From Alphaproteobacteria bacterium (GTDB taxonomy: Bacteria; Pseudomonadota; Alphaproteobacteria; GCA-2731375): DNA of 64,000 nt. Where the stretch lies: positions 5,920,001 to 5,984,000 of the forward strand of contig CBDDPY010000002.1 in the NCBI GenBank assembly GCA_965232515.1. The letters are read 5' to 3'. Each line of letters begins with the position of its first letter. The stretch's first letter is position 1. A model generated the notes under the pieces. That model did not search any database, was not told where the DNA came from, and was given only the letters and a program-made list of their open reading frames with translations. The translations under genes were made by a program, and so were the position numbers. Positions 29,044-37,833 of the stretch are shown piece by piece.

Positions 29044-29478
29044 TCAGTGGCAGTGGCGGGGGACAGCGTGGAGTTCGGCCTCGGCCGAGCGGCGCGCCTT
29101 CCGCGCCAGATGCTGGCCGAGGCTGTCGGCGATGCCGTTGGTATCGGGATGACCATTGGCCATCGCGATCCGGCACCAGAAGTAAGCGCGAAAGTGGTCG
29201 GGCTGTAGGCCGAGCCCGTTGAGGTAACAGTGGGCGAGCAGATACTGCGCGCGCACGTCATCCCGTTCGGCGGCCAAGCGAATCCACTGCACGGTGCGTC
29301 GCCGGTCCTCCGGCACGCCGTTGCCCGTGAGATAGAGCAGATCCAATGTGAGCGGTGTCGCGGCATGGCCGCCACCGGCCGCGGTCTCGGCCCTGTTTTG
29401 GGACTCAGCGCGAAACAAGGTCGCATCGAGATCGGCAGACCTGGCGGTTACCGGTTGTTTCAGGGCGGTTTGCGACAT
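29044..29478 (-). CDS. Sel1-repeat protein B (first repeat degenerate)
   Basis: YLTGNGVPED..QWIRLAAE..AQYLLAHCYLNGLGL..AYFWCRIAMANG. Confidence 0.8.
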   Translation of the reverse strand: MSQTALKQPVTARSADLDATLFRAESQNRAETAAGGGHAATPLTLDLLYLTGNGVPEDRRRTVQWIRLAAERDDVRAQYLLAHCYLNGLGLQPDHFRAYFWCRIAMANGHPDTNGIADSLGQHLARKARRSAEAELHAVPRHCH

Positions 29479-29506
29479 GGTTCGGCCAATTCCTACGACA
29501 TCCGAC

Positions 29507-29597
29507 AAAGAGGAGGTGCCGCCGAGACATTGCTCGACGGCGCCAGTGGAAAACCTGGCGCCCCCGCCGCGAGGGAGAGGTCAGCCGGGGCGCCAGG
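29507..29597 (-). ncRNA. Candidate two-hairpin sRNA/leader B
   Basis: 11-bp perfect stem around loop ACCUCUCCCUCG; second hairpin homologous to those of A and C. Confidence 0.55.
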
Positions 29598-29695
29598 CGG
29601 AATGACGAATATCTAGTGGGACGAGCGGTCCTGGCGTTCGGACGAAATCTTGAATTTCTCGGACGGTGATCTTCGCGCGCCGGCGGCTCGACCGG

Positions 29696-30157
29696 CTACC
29701 TTCGGCGGAAGCGGACGGTGCGGACCTCGGCGTCGGTCCAGCGGCGTTCATCCGGCGTTAGATGCTGGCCGGCGCCGTCGCGAATGCAGCCGGGATCGGC
29801 ATGGCCGTTTGCGATCGCCGTTTGGCACCAGAAATAGGCCCGGCGGTAGCTGTGCCGTACGCCCTGGCCGGCGAGGTAACAGCGGGCGAGCCAGTACTGT
29901 GCGCGGGCGTTGTCCTGTTCGGCGGCGATGCTGAACCAGTGCACGGCGCGGATCTCGTCCTTCGCCACGCCGTCGCCGTCGAGATAGCGCAAGCCCAGCA
30001 CGAGCTGGGCAGCCGCTTGACCTTCGCCGGCCGCGAAGGTCAACAACGTGACGGCCGTTTCGGTTTCGACACCGGCGTCAGTCTCGGCGCGAAACATCGT
30101 CGCATCGAGATCGGGCGGCATGACGGATGCCGGTCGTTTCATCGCTGTTCGCAACAC
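29696..30157 (-). CDS. Sel1-repeat protein C
   Basis: Same repeats; GTG start after AAAGGGG aligns with the paralogue N-termini. Confidence 0.9.
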   Translation of the reverse strand: MLRTAMKRPASVMPPDLDATMFRAETDAGVETETAVTLLTFAAGEGQAAAQLVLGLRYLDGDGVAKDEIRAVHWFSIAAEQDNARAQYWLARCYLAGQGVRHSYRRAYFWCQTAIANGHADPGCIRDGAGQHLTPDERRWTDAEVRTVRFRRR

Positions 30158-30185
30158 TGTTCGCCCCTTTGCGCCGGCATCCGGC

Positions 30186-30274
30186 AAAAAAATTGGTGCC
30201 GCCGACACGACGGTCGACGGCGCCAGTTGGGGGTACGACGCTCCGGCTGGGAGGGAGGATTCAGCCGAAGCGTC
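30186..30274 (-). ncRNA. Candidate two-hairpin sRNA/leader C
   Basis: 13-bp stem (G-U pair only on the minus strand), loop AAUCCUCCCUCC, terminator hairpin and U7 tract. Confidence 0.62.
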
Positions 30275-30457
30275 AGGCGGGAGTGAGGAATACGTAGTGC
30301 GATAAGCGGTCTTGGTATTCGGACGAAAATCTTATGTTTGTCGGGCAATGGATTTTGAGCGTGGCGGCGGCTCGCTCGGCCGGCGCGGATTTCTTACCGC
30401 CATCACGGAGTGCGTCGCGCATATGCGCCCAATCCACCAGGAGCGGGCCGCGGCGCC

Positions 30458-30493
30458 GCGCAGACCATGATCGTGGTGAGAATTCCGGGCTAG
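30458..30493. repeat. 36-bp repeat ending in CTAG, copy 2 (overlaps the Sel1 D stop)
   Basis: 32/36 identical to 13956-13991. Confidence 0.75.
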
Positions 30494-30945
30494 CGGCGTC
30501 GCGCGAGGACGGCGCGGACCTCGGCCTCGGTCCAGCGCCGCTCTTCCGGCGTCAGGTGCTGGCCGGCGCCGGCGGCGATGCTGCCGCTGTCGGCCTGGCC
30601 GTTGGCGCAGGCGAGCCGGCACCAGAAGTAGGCGCGTTTGTGGCTCTGCCGCACGCCCTCGCCGGTCAGGTGGCAGCGGGCGATCCAGTACTGTGCGCGC
30701 GGCTCGTTCTGCTCGGCGGCCTTGCGGAACCAGTGCACGGCCTGGCCCGGGTCCTTGGTCAGACCGTCGCCCGCGAGATAGCGCAGGCCCAGCACGAGCT
30801 GGGCCGCCGGGTCGCCGTCGCCGGCCGCGAAGATCAGCCGCGCCACGCTCGTGTCGGATCCGTCGCCGCTCTCGGTGCACATGGCCGCCGCGTCGAGGCT
30901 GCTTGTCGCGCTCGGAAACGCCAGTTTCAGGGCCGCGTTTGGCAT
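30490..30945 (-). CDS. Sel1-repeat protein D
   Basis: AQLVLGLRYLAGDGLTKD..AVHWFRKAAEQ; AAAGGA RBS. Confidence 0.9.
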   Translation of the reverse strand: MPNAALKLAFPSATSSLDAAAMCTESGDGSDTSVARLIFAAGDGDPAAQLVLGLRYLAGDGLTKDPGQAVHWFRKAAEQNEPRAQYWIARCHLTGEGVRQSHKRAYFWCRLACANGQADSGSIAAGAGQHLTPEERRWTEAEVRAVLARRR

Positions 30946-31134
30946 CGGAGGGTCCTTTCGCCGCATGCTCTGGGCGACAGATGGCGCTTGGTTCCCGGCA
31001 TCGAAATTGCCGAAACGCGCATAGGGGTCGAAAAGAAATGCATAGGTCGTCGGCCGATTGGCGGCGCGCCCACGGCATGCGACCATGGCCGGGATCGGAA
31101 AAATCCTTTGTTTTCGCGCAACCGGGAGGGAACC

Positions 31135-31452
31135 GTGGCGATCTACGAGCTCAGGACCTATGACATCTATGTCGGCAAGATTGGCGAGGCGGTGGCGCTT
31201 TATCGCGACGAGGGCTGGCCGGCGCTGGAGAAACACAGCGACAAGCTGGTCGGCTATTTCACCGGCGATATCGGCGCCATGAACCAGATCGTGCATCTCT
31301 GGAAGTTCGAGGACGACGCCGACCGGCGGGCGCACTGGGCTCGTGTCTTCGGCGACGACGAATTCATGGCCTTCGCCGGCAAGCTCAGGCCACTGGTGCA
31401 GAAGCAGCAGAACAAATTGCTGATGAACGCGCCGTTCGGACCCAGGCCTTAG
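31135..31452 (+). CDS. NIPSNAP family protein
   Basis: IYELRTY, GYFTGDIG..NQIVHLW; GGGAGG RBS. Confidence 0.92.
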   Translation: MAIYELRTYDIYVGKIGEAVALYRDEGWPALEKHSDKLVGYFTGDIGAMNQIVHLWKFEDDADRRAHWARVFGDDEFMAFAGKLRPLVQKQQNKLLMNAPFGPRP

Positions 31453-31537
31453 AACGCTTCCCAAAGACGGGAAGCGTTCTAAGGGCTTTGCGCTCACGGC
31501 AGCGGACCCTTTCGGGTCCGCGCCTGCGCGGGCGCGC
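31447..31537. repeat. Perfect 16-bp hairpin (31447-31484; terminator or REP) followed by 51-bp repeat copy 2
   Basis: CCTTAGAACGCTTCCC-AAAGAC-GGGAAGCGTTCTAAGG over the NIPSNAP stop codon. Confidence 0.8.
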
Positions 31538-31660
31538 CGGATAAGCCGGCGGGCCGCAGTCGCGGCCTGGAACGGCTCCCGTCAATCTGAAGTGCCTCGA
31601 ATTCCCGGTACCTCCGGTGTTTGCTATGCTCCGCGCCAGCAGGGAACAGGGAGCGCCGGC

Positions 31661-32377
31661 ATGAGTACGCAGACCATTCGCATGGATGACGAGTTGGAGA
31701 CCTATCTGTGGTCGGCCTCGGGGCGCGAGCCGCCGGTGCTGGCGGAACTGCGCGAGGAAACGCAGGCGAATCCGCGGCGCGGCATGCAGGTCTCGCCCAT
31801 GCAGGGCCAGTTCATGGGCGTACTGGTGAAGGCGGTGGGCGCGCGCAAGATCCTCGAGGTCGGGGTCTTTACCGGCTATTCGTCGCTGTCGATGGTGCTG
31901 GCGCTGCCCGACGACGGCCGGCTGATCGCGCTCGACATCTCCGAGGACTACACGGCGCTGGCGCGGAAATACTGGGATAAGGCCGGCGTCGCCCACAAGG
32001 TCGACCTGCGCATCGCGCCGGCGACGGAGTCGATGGACGCGATGATCGCCGGCGGCGAGAGCGGCAGCTTCGACATGGTGTTCATCGACGCCGACAAGCC
32101 GGCGTATCCCGAATACTGGGAGCGCGGACTGACGCTGCTGCGGCCCGGCGGGCTGATCATCGCCGACAATACGCTGTTCCAGGGCACGGTCGGGCCGAGC
32201 TTCGACGATGGGCGCCTGGCCGAGGTGTTCGGCAACCGGCCGCCCGAGGTGCGCGAGGAACTGATCGGCAACACGCACGCCGCCCGCGCCTTCAACGAAA
32301 AGGTCCACCACGACGACCGTGTCGACCTGTCGCTGATCCCGGTCGGCGACGGCATGACCTTGGGCGTGAAGCGCTAG
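31661..32377 (+). CDS. Cation-dependent O-methyltransferase (caffeoyl-CoA OMT family)
   Basis: LEVGVFTGYS, FIDADK, ADN, PVGDG. Confidence 0.93.
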   Translation: MSTQTIRMDDELETYLWSASGREPPVLAELREETQANPRRGMQVSPMQGQFMGVLVKAVGARKILEVGVFTGYSSLSMVLALPDDGRLIALDISEDYTALARKYWDKAGVAHKVDLRIAPATESMDAMIAGGESGSFDMVFIDADKPAYPEYWERGLTLLRPGGLIIADNTLFQGTVGPSFDDGRLAEVFGNRPPEVREELIGNTHAARAFNEKVHHDDRVDLSLIPVGDGMTLGVKR

Positions 32378-33276
32378 GCCGTTTCGGTTTTCGCCGCGAG
32401 TGCGGCGCGGGCGCGGATCGACGCCGTAGTTTCGCGGCTGCCGTCCGGGCTCCAGCCCGGCGGGCCGAAGGCGAAGCCGAAGCGGTTGCGCCAGCCGTCG
32501 GCGTTCCGCAGGTCGCGCAGGATGCCGCGCCATTCGTTGAAGGCGATCGCGAACGGGTTCTGGCTGTCGATCTGGCGCACCAGGCCGTATTGGCAGGGCG
32601 TGTCCGCGCGCTCCGCCGCGTAGCTGCCGAAAAGACGGTCGAAGACGATCAGCACACCGCCGTAGTTGCGGTCGAGATAGGCCGGGTTGGTGGCATGGTG
32701 CACGCGATGGTGCGACGGCGTGTTGAGCAGCCATTCCAGCGGTCCGAGCCTCGGCACAAGCTCGGTATGCAGCCAGAACTGATAGAGCAGGTTGACGGCC
32801 AGCATTGAGAACACGGCGACCGGATGGAAGCCGACGATCACAAGCGGCAGCCAGAACAGCCACTGGCCGGAAATCAGGTTCGTCCAGCCCAGCCGGTAGG
32901 CGGCGGTCAGGTTCAGATGCTGCGGCGAGTGATGCACCGAATGGGTCGCCCAGAGCCAGCGGCATTCGTGGCTGAGGCGATGCATCCAGTAGTAGGCGAA
33001 CTCGACGGCGAGGAACAGCGTGGCGAGGCCCCACCAGCGATCGAGCGGCAAGGTGGCGATCCGATACTCCCAGGCCAGCAGATAGACCGGCGCCAGCAGC
33101 AGCGGCGCGGCGGCCTGCGTCAACCGGTTGCCGATGGCGATGCCGAGAGAGGCCGCGGCCTCGCGCCAGGGATAGGCCTGCCGCCGCACGCGCATCAGCC
33201 ATACGGCTTCCAGCGCCATCAGCAGCAACACCAGGGGCAGCGCAAAGTTGCGGATCGCTATCCCGGGATCGTCCAT
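32374..33276 (-). CDS. Sterol desaturase/fatty acid hydroxylase family (alkylglycerol monooxygenase-like)
   Basis: His boxes YYWMHRLSH, HSVHHS, QFWLH, HHRVHH; NYGG. Confidence 0.92.
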   Translation of the reverse strand: MDDPGIAIRNFALPLVLLLMALEAVWLMRVRRQAYPWREAAASLGIAIGNRLTQAAAPLLLAPVYLLAWEYRIATLPLDRWWGLATLFLAVEFAYYWMHRLSHECRWLWATHSVHHSPQHLNLTAAYRLGWTNLISGQWLFWLPLVIVGFHPVAVFSMLAVNLLYQFWLHTELVPRLGPLEWLLNTPSHHRVHHATNPAYLDRNYGGVLIVFDRLFGSYAAERADTPCQYGLVRQIDSQNPFAIAFNEWRGILRDLRNADGWRNRFGFAFGPPGWSPDGSRETTASIRARAALAAKTETA

Positions 33277-33395
33277 GAAAAAGCCGCTCCGGAGCAGACG
33301 CCACGCGGTGGGATTCAGAGCTTAAACGTCCGCACCGGCCGTTATCCGTCGCGACGGCGAAAAAAACACGAACGGCGGTCGGCGCCTTACCTGGG

Positions 33396-33668
33396 CTACA
33401 GCATCGGTGCGATGGCTTCCGAGGTTTCCTTGCTGGGCACGACGGGTATGAACTCGAACTCGATCAGATCCTGCCATGCCGCGGCCCATTGCTGCAGCAG
33501 GCGCGGATCGTCGCATTCCATGAGCTGAAAGCAGCGGTCGAAGTTGGCCTCGATCCAACTGCCGACATAGGTCAGGCCGTCGGGCGCCATGCGGCCCTGC
33601 TCGCGGAAGCGGCGGTAGACGGCCTTGGCGTCGCGGTTCTTGAAGCGTTCGATGGTCATGAACAGCAT
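33396..33668 (-). CDS. DUF3303-like small protein
   Basis: MLFMTIERF..GRMAPDGL..SWI..RCFQLME..WQDLIEFE. Confidence 0.8.
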   Translation of the reverse strand: MLFMTIERFKNRDAKAVYRRFREQGRMAPDGLTYVGSWIEANFDRCFQLMECDDPRLLQQWAAAWQDLIEFEFIPVVPSKETSEAIAPML

Positions 33669-33696
33669 GGGGGACTCCCTTTTCTTTGGATCGCGA

Positions 33697-34341
33697 TCAG
33701 TAGTCAAGGCGGCCGTAGAGCTCGTCGAACGGCCGCATGACATGGGCGCGGTAGGCCGGGCGCTCGGCGAGGCGGGCGTACCAGGCTTCGACATGCGGCA
33801 CGTCGGGCCGTTGCACGTCGATCTCGAAATAGCGGTAGAGCGTCGTGCCGGCCGGGATGTCGGCCATGGTGAAGGCGTCGCCGGCGAGAAAGGCGCGGGC
33901 CGCGAGATGGTCGTCGAGCAGCCGAAAATGCGTCGCGCAGCGGTCCATGCGCTGCTCGATCATCGGCCAGTTCCGCTTGTCCTCGGGCGTCCGGTAGAAG
34001 CCCCAGAAGAGATCCATGAAGTCGCGCTGCAATGTTGCGAGCGACCAGTCCATCCAACGGTCGGCACGCGATCGTTCGCCCGGATCCTGGGCCCAGAGCG
34101 TGCCGGCGCCGTAGCGGGCGGCGAGATAGCGCAGGATCGAATGCGATTCCCAGACGACGGCGCCGCCATCGTCGATCACCGGCACCCGGCCGTGCGGGTT
34201 CATGGCCCGGAAGGCTGGATCGTCGAGGCCGCCGAAGCTGCCGCCGGCATCGATGTGGTCGTGCGGCAGCGACAGCTCGTCAATAAGCCACAGCACCTTT
34301 TGCACGTTGAACGCGCTGCGGCGTCCCCAGACCGTCAGCAT
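33697..34341 (-). CDS. Glutathione S-transferase (GstB-like)
   Basis: WGRRSAFNVQKV, NPHGRVP, WESHSILRYL, ADI. Confidence 0.93.
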   Translation of the reverse strand: MLTVWGRRSAFNVQKVLWLIDELSLPHDHIDAGGSFGGLDDPAFRAMNPHGRVPVIDDGGAVVWESHSILRYLAARYGAGTLWAQDPGERSRADRWMDWSLATLQRDFMDLFWGFYRTPEDKRNWPMIEQRMDRCATHFRLLDDHLAARAFLAGDAFTMADIPAGTTLYRYFEIDVQRPDVPHVEAWYARLAERPAYRAHVMRPFDELYGRLDY

Positions 34342-34433
34342 CGACCTTTCTCCTTCGGCAGCACGACGTGGTCGCATTCTTACCATGTCGGCACCCGATT
34401 AATCCGCTAGCCTTGGGGGCAGGAGGGTATGCG

Positions 34434-34733
34434 ATGCGTGCGTTGATGCTTGCGGCGGCCGTGACGCTGCTGCCGGTCCTGCCGGCCGCGGCGCAGATGG
34501 GCTGTTTGGAGCCGATCCGACCGAACGTGCCGGACGGCGACTTCGCCGCCGATTACGAGATGACGGCGACCGAGGAGGAGATGGAGCGCTACCTGCAGAG
34601 CGTCGACGACTACACGGCCTGCATGAAGCGCGAGATCGCCGCGCTGCGGCAGCAGATCGCCGAGACCCGGGCCGAAGCGAAGGTCACCGTGAACGAATGG
34701 AAGCGGGCGCTGAAGGCGTACAAGTCCCGTTGA
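34434..34733 (+). CDS. Small secreted hypothetical protein
   Basis: Sec signal, two Cys, coiled coil; AGGAGG RBS. Confidence 0.75.
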   Translation: MRALMLAAAVTLLPVLPAAAQMGCLEPIRPNVPDGDFAADYEMTATEEEMERYLQSVDDYTACMKREIAALRQQIAETRAEAKVTVNEWKRALKAYKSR

Positions 34734-34828
34734 CCTGCAAGCGATCAACATAGGGACAGTCCCCATTTTGGCGGCGCGATGGGCGATGCCGCGTGCATTC
34801 GTCAGGCGCGTGCGCCAATATTTGCGCC

Positions 34829-35530
34829 ATGACCGATATCCCGGCCGCGTTTCTGATGGCGCTGCAACTGATCGTCGCGTTCGATCCGCAACTCGCGGGA
34901 ATTGTCGGTCGGTCGCTCTATGTCAGCCTGAGCGCCGTCGTTATCGCCGCCGCGATCGGTCTGCCGCTGGGCGCGGCGATCGCCGTCTACCGCTTTCCCG
35001 GCCGCCGCGCCGTGATCGTGCTGCTGAACGGATTGATGGCCTTGCCGGCGGTGTTCATCGGCCTGACGGTCTATCTGCTGGTCTCGCGCGCCGGCCCGCT
35101 CGGTTTCCTCGGTATCCTGTTCACGCCGGCGGCGATGATCCTGGCGCAATGCCTGCTGATCACGCCGATCATCGCGGCGCTGTCGCACCAAGTGCTGCGC
35201 GCGTTGTACGAGGCCTACCGCGAGCAACTCTGCTCGCTGGGCGCCCGGCCGCGACAGATCGTCTGGACGCTGTTGTGGGACGCGCGCTACAGCCTGACGA
35301 CCGTGGTGATGGCGGGGTTCGGCCGCGCCGTCGCCGAGGTCGGCGCGGCCATCATTGTCGGCGGCAATATCGACCGCGTGACCCGGGTGATGACCACGAC
35401 CATCGCGCTGGAGACCAGCAAGGGTAATCTGGCGCTGGCGTTGGCGCTTGGTTTCGTGCTGGTCCTGGTCGCCGTCGGCGTGAACGCCTGCGCCTCGTTG
35501 TTGAGCAGCGCGACGGCGCCGCGCGGTTGA
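34829..35530 (+). CDS. tupB: Tungstate ABC transporter permease
   Basis: FGRAVAEVGA..GGNI..TRVMTTTIALETSKG. Confidence 0.9.
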   Translation: MTDIPAAFLMALQLIVAFDPQLAGIVGRSLYVSLSAVVIAAAIGLPLGAAIAVYRFPGRRAVIVLLNGLMALPAVFIGLTVYLLVSRAGPLGFLGILFTPAAMILAQCLLITPIIAALSHQVLRALYEAYREQLCSLGARPRQIVWTLLWDARYSLTTVVMAGFGRAVAEVGAAIIVGGNIDRVTRVMTTTIALETSKGNLALALALGFVLVLVAVGVNACASLLSSATAPRG

Positions 35531-35549
35531 GGGGAGACGTCGTCGGGCC

Positions 35550-36263
35550 GTGTCGATCCTGCCGCTCAGCCTGGATGGCGTTTCGCTTCGCTGGGACGGA
35601 CGGACCTTGATCGACGACGTGAGCCTGGCGATCCTGGCCGGCCCGAAAACCATGATCCTGGGCCCGAACGGCGCCGGCAAGAGCCTGCTGCTGCGGCTCT
35701 GCCACGGTCTGATCGGACCCACCGCGGGCAATATCCGCTGGAACGGCCCCGACGCGGCGGCGTCGCGGCGGCGCCAGGCCATGGTGTTCCAGAAGCCGGT
35801 CATGCTGCGCCGCTCGGTGCGGGCGAACATTGCCTACGGCTTGCGGCTGCAGGGACATCCGCAGGCGGTCAGAGCCGAGCGCGTTGCCCGGGTCCTGAAG
35901 CGTACCGGATTGACCGAGCTGGCCGAGCGGCCGGCGACCGTGCTGTCCGGCGGCGAGCAGCAGCGGCTGGCGCTGGCCCGTGCCTGGGCGCTCGAGCCCG
36001 ACGTCATGTTCCTGGACGAGCCGACGGCCAATCTCGATCCCGGCGCCACCGGCGCGGTCGAGGCGATCGTCGAGGAGATCCATCGCGGCGGCGCCAAGGT
36101 GGTCATGACCACGCATGATCTGGCGCAAGCCCGGCGTCTTGCCGACGAGATAATCTTCCTGCATCAGGGTCGTGTGGCCGAGCATGGACCGGCCGCCGAC
36201 TTCTTCGCCGGGCCGGCGAGCGAAGCGGCGGCGGCGTTTCTGGCCGGCCGGCTGTTTTGGTAG
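35550..36263 (+). CDS. tupC: Tungstate ABC transporter ATPase
   Basis: GPNGAGKS, LSGGEQQ, LDEPTANLD; between tupB and tupA. Confidence 0.88.
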   Translation: MSILPLSLDGVSLRWDGRTLIDDVSLAILAGPKTMILGPNGAGKSLLLRLCHGLIGPTAGNIRWNGPDAAASRRRQAMVFQKPVMLRRSVRANIAYGLRLQGHPQAVRAERVARVLKRTGLTELAERPATVLSGGEQQRLALARAWALEPDVMFLDEPTANLDPGATGAVEAIVEEIHRGGAKVVMTTHDLAQARRLADEIIFLHQGRVAEHGPAADFFAGPASEAAAAFLAGRLFW

Positions 36264-36274
36264 GAGAGGCCTTA

Positions 36275-37105
36275 ATGTTGCGATTTCCGATTGCTTTGTT
36301 GATCGGCGCGAGTTTTTGGCTGACGGCCGCGGTGTCGGCGGCTGACCGCTACATCACGCTGGCCTCGACCACGTCGACGGAGAATTCGGGGCTGTTCGCG
36401 CACCTGCTGCCACAGTTCGAAGCGGCGACCGGCGTTTCCGTGCGCGTCGTTGCCGTGGGTACGGGACAGGCGATCCGGTTGGCGCAGAATGGCGATGCCG
36501 ACGTACTGCTGGTGCATCACCGGCCATCGGAGGAGGCGTTTGTCGCCGCCGGCTTCGGCGTCGAGCGGCGCGACGTGATGTACAACGACTTCGTGCTGAT
36601 CGGACCCGCGGCCGACCCGGCCGGCATCCGCGGCATGGCGGACGCGGCGGCGGCGTTGGCCCGAATCGCGGCGGCCGGCGCGCCGTTTGCCTCGCGCGGC
36701 GACGACAGCGGCACGCACAAGGCGGAGCTGGCGCTGTGGGAAAAGGCAGATGTCGATCAGCGGGCCGCGAGCGGCACCTGGTATCGCGAGCTGGGCGCGG
36801 GCATGGGCGCGACGCTGAATACGGCGGCGGCCATGGGCGCGTACACGCTCGCGGACCGTGGCACCTGGATCAGCTTCGCCAACAAGGGCGATCTCGAGTT
36901 GCTGGTGGCGGGCGATCCGGTGCTGTTCAATCCCTATGGCGTGATCCTAGTGGACCCGTCGCGCCACGCCCATGTGAAGGCGGATGACGGTCAGGCCTTT
37001 ATCGACTGGCTGACCGGGACGGCGGGTCAGGCCGCCATCGCCGCCTTCACGCGCGACGGGCAGCCGCTGTTCTTTCCCAATGCCGGGACGCCGGCGACGC
37101 AGTAG
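36275..37105 (+). CDS. tupA: Tungstate-binding periplasmic protein
   Basis: STTSTENSGL, VGTGQA, MYNDF, SRGDDSGTH. Confidence 0.92.
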   Translation: MLRFPIALLIGASFWLTAAVSAADRYITLASTTSTENSGLFAHLLPQFEAATGVSVRVVAVGTGQAIRLAQNGDADVLLVHHRPSEEAFVAAGFGVERRDVMYNDFVLIGPAADPAGIRGMADAAAALARIAAAGAPFASRGDDSGTHKAELALWEKADVDQRAASGTWYRELGAGMGATLNTAAAMGAYTLADRGTWISFANKGDLELLVAGDPVLFNPYGVILVDPSRHAHVKADDGQAFIDWLTGTAGQAAIAAFTRDGQPLFFPNAGTPATQ

Positions 37106-37160
37106 TACGGCGGCGTCCGACCGTGCCATAGTGCGGCCGCGTCGCCACATGGGGGATGAC

Positions 37161-37826
37161 ATGACGGCCGACAACGTTCTTGAACTGCTGCTCCGAGAAC
37201 AACCGAAGTTTCATGGGGCCACGGCGGGCACCGTGAACTGGGCGCTCGGCACCGACGTGCTGCAATGGCTGGACGCCAACATCCAGCAGGACTGGGCGAC
37301 GCTGGAGACCGGCTGCGGTTATTCGACGATCGTGTTCGGTGCGCGCGCGAAATCGCACACCGCCGTCGCGCCGCGATCGGCGGAGCACGACCTGATCAAG
37401 GCTTGGCTGGAGTCGCACGGTATCGCCAACGGCCACATACGCTTCGAGGCCATGGGGTCGCAGCGCGCGCTGCCGAGGCTGATCGACGACGGCGAACTGA
37501 ACTGCGTGCTGATCGACGGCATGCACGGGTTCCCGATGCCGTTCATCGACTGGTACTACACCGCGAACCGGTTGGCCGTCGGCGGCGCGATGATCGTCGA
37601 CGACACGCAGCTCCGGCCGTGCGCCATGCTGCGCGATTTCCTGGCCAGCGAGAGCGGGCGCTGGGAACGGCTGCTGGATCTTGAACGGTCGACGATCTTC
37701 CGCCGGATCACGGCGGAGCCGGTGTCGGAGGGCGTGTCCTGGCGCGATCAGCCGAGCGCCCATCCGACCGTGGTTGACCGGGTGCAGCGCAAGCTGACCC
37801 GCTACAAGCGTCGCCTGATGGCGTGA
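37161..37826 (+). CDS. Class I SAM-dependent methyltransferase (Methyltransf_24-like)
   Basis: LETGCGYST, LIDGMHGFP, IVDD. Confidence 0.85.
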   Translation: MTADNVLELLLREQPKFHGATAGTVNWALGTDVLQWLDANIQQDWATLETGCGYSTIVFGARAKSHTAVAPRSAEHDLIKAWLESHGIANGHIRFEAMGSQRALPRLIDDGELNCVLIDGMHGFPMPFIDWYYTANRLAVGGAMIVDDTQLRPCAMLRDFLASESGRWERLLDLERSTIFRRITAEPVSEGVSWRDQPSAHPTVVDRVQRKLTRYKRRLMA

Positions 37827-37833
37827 ACCGCCG

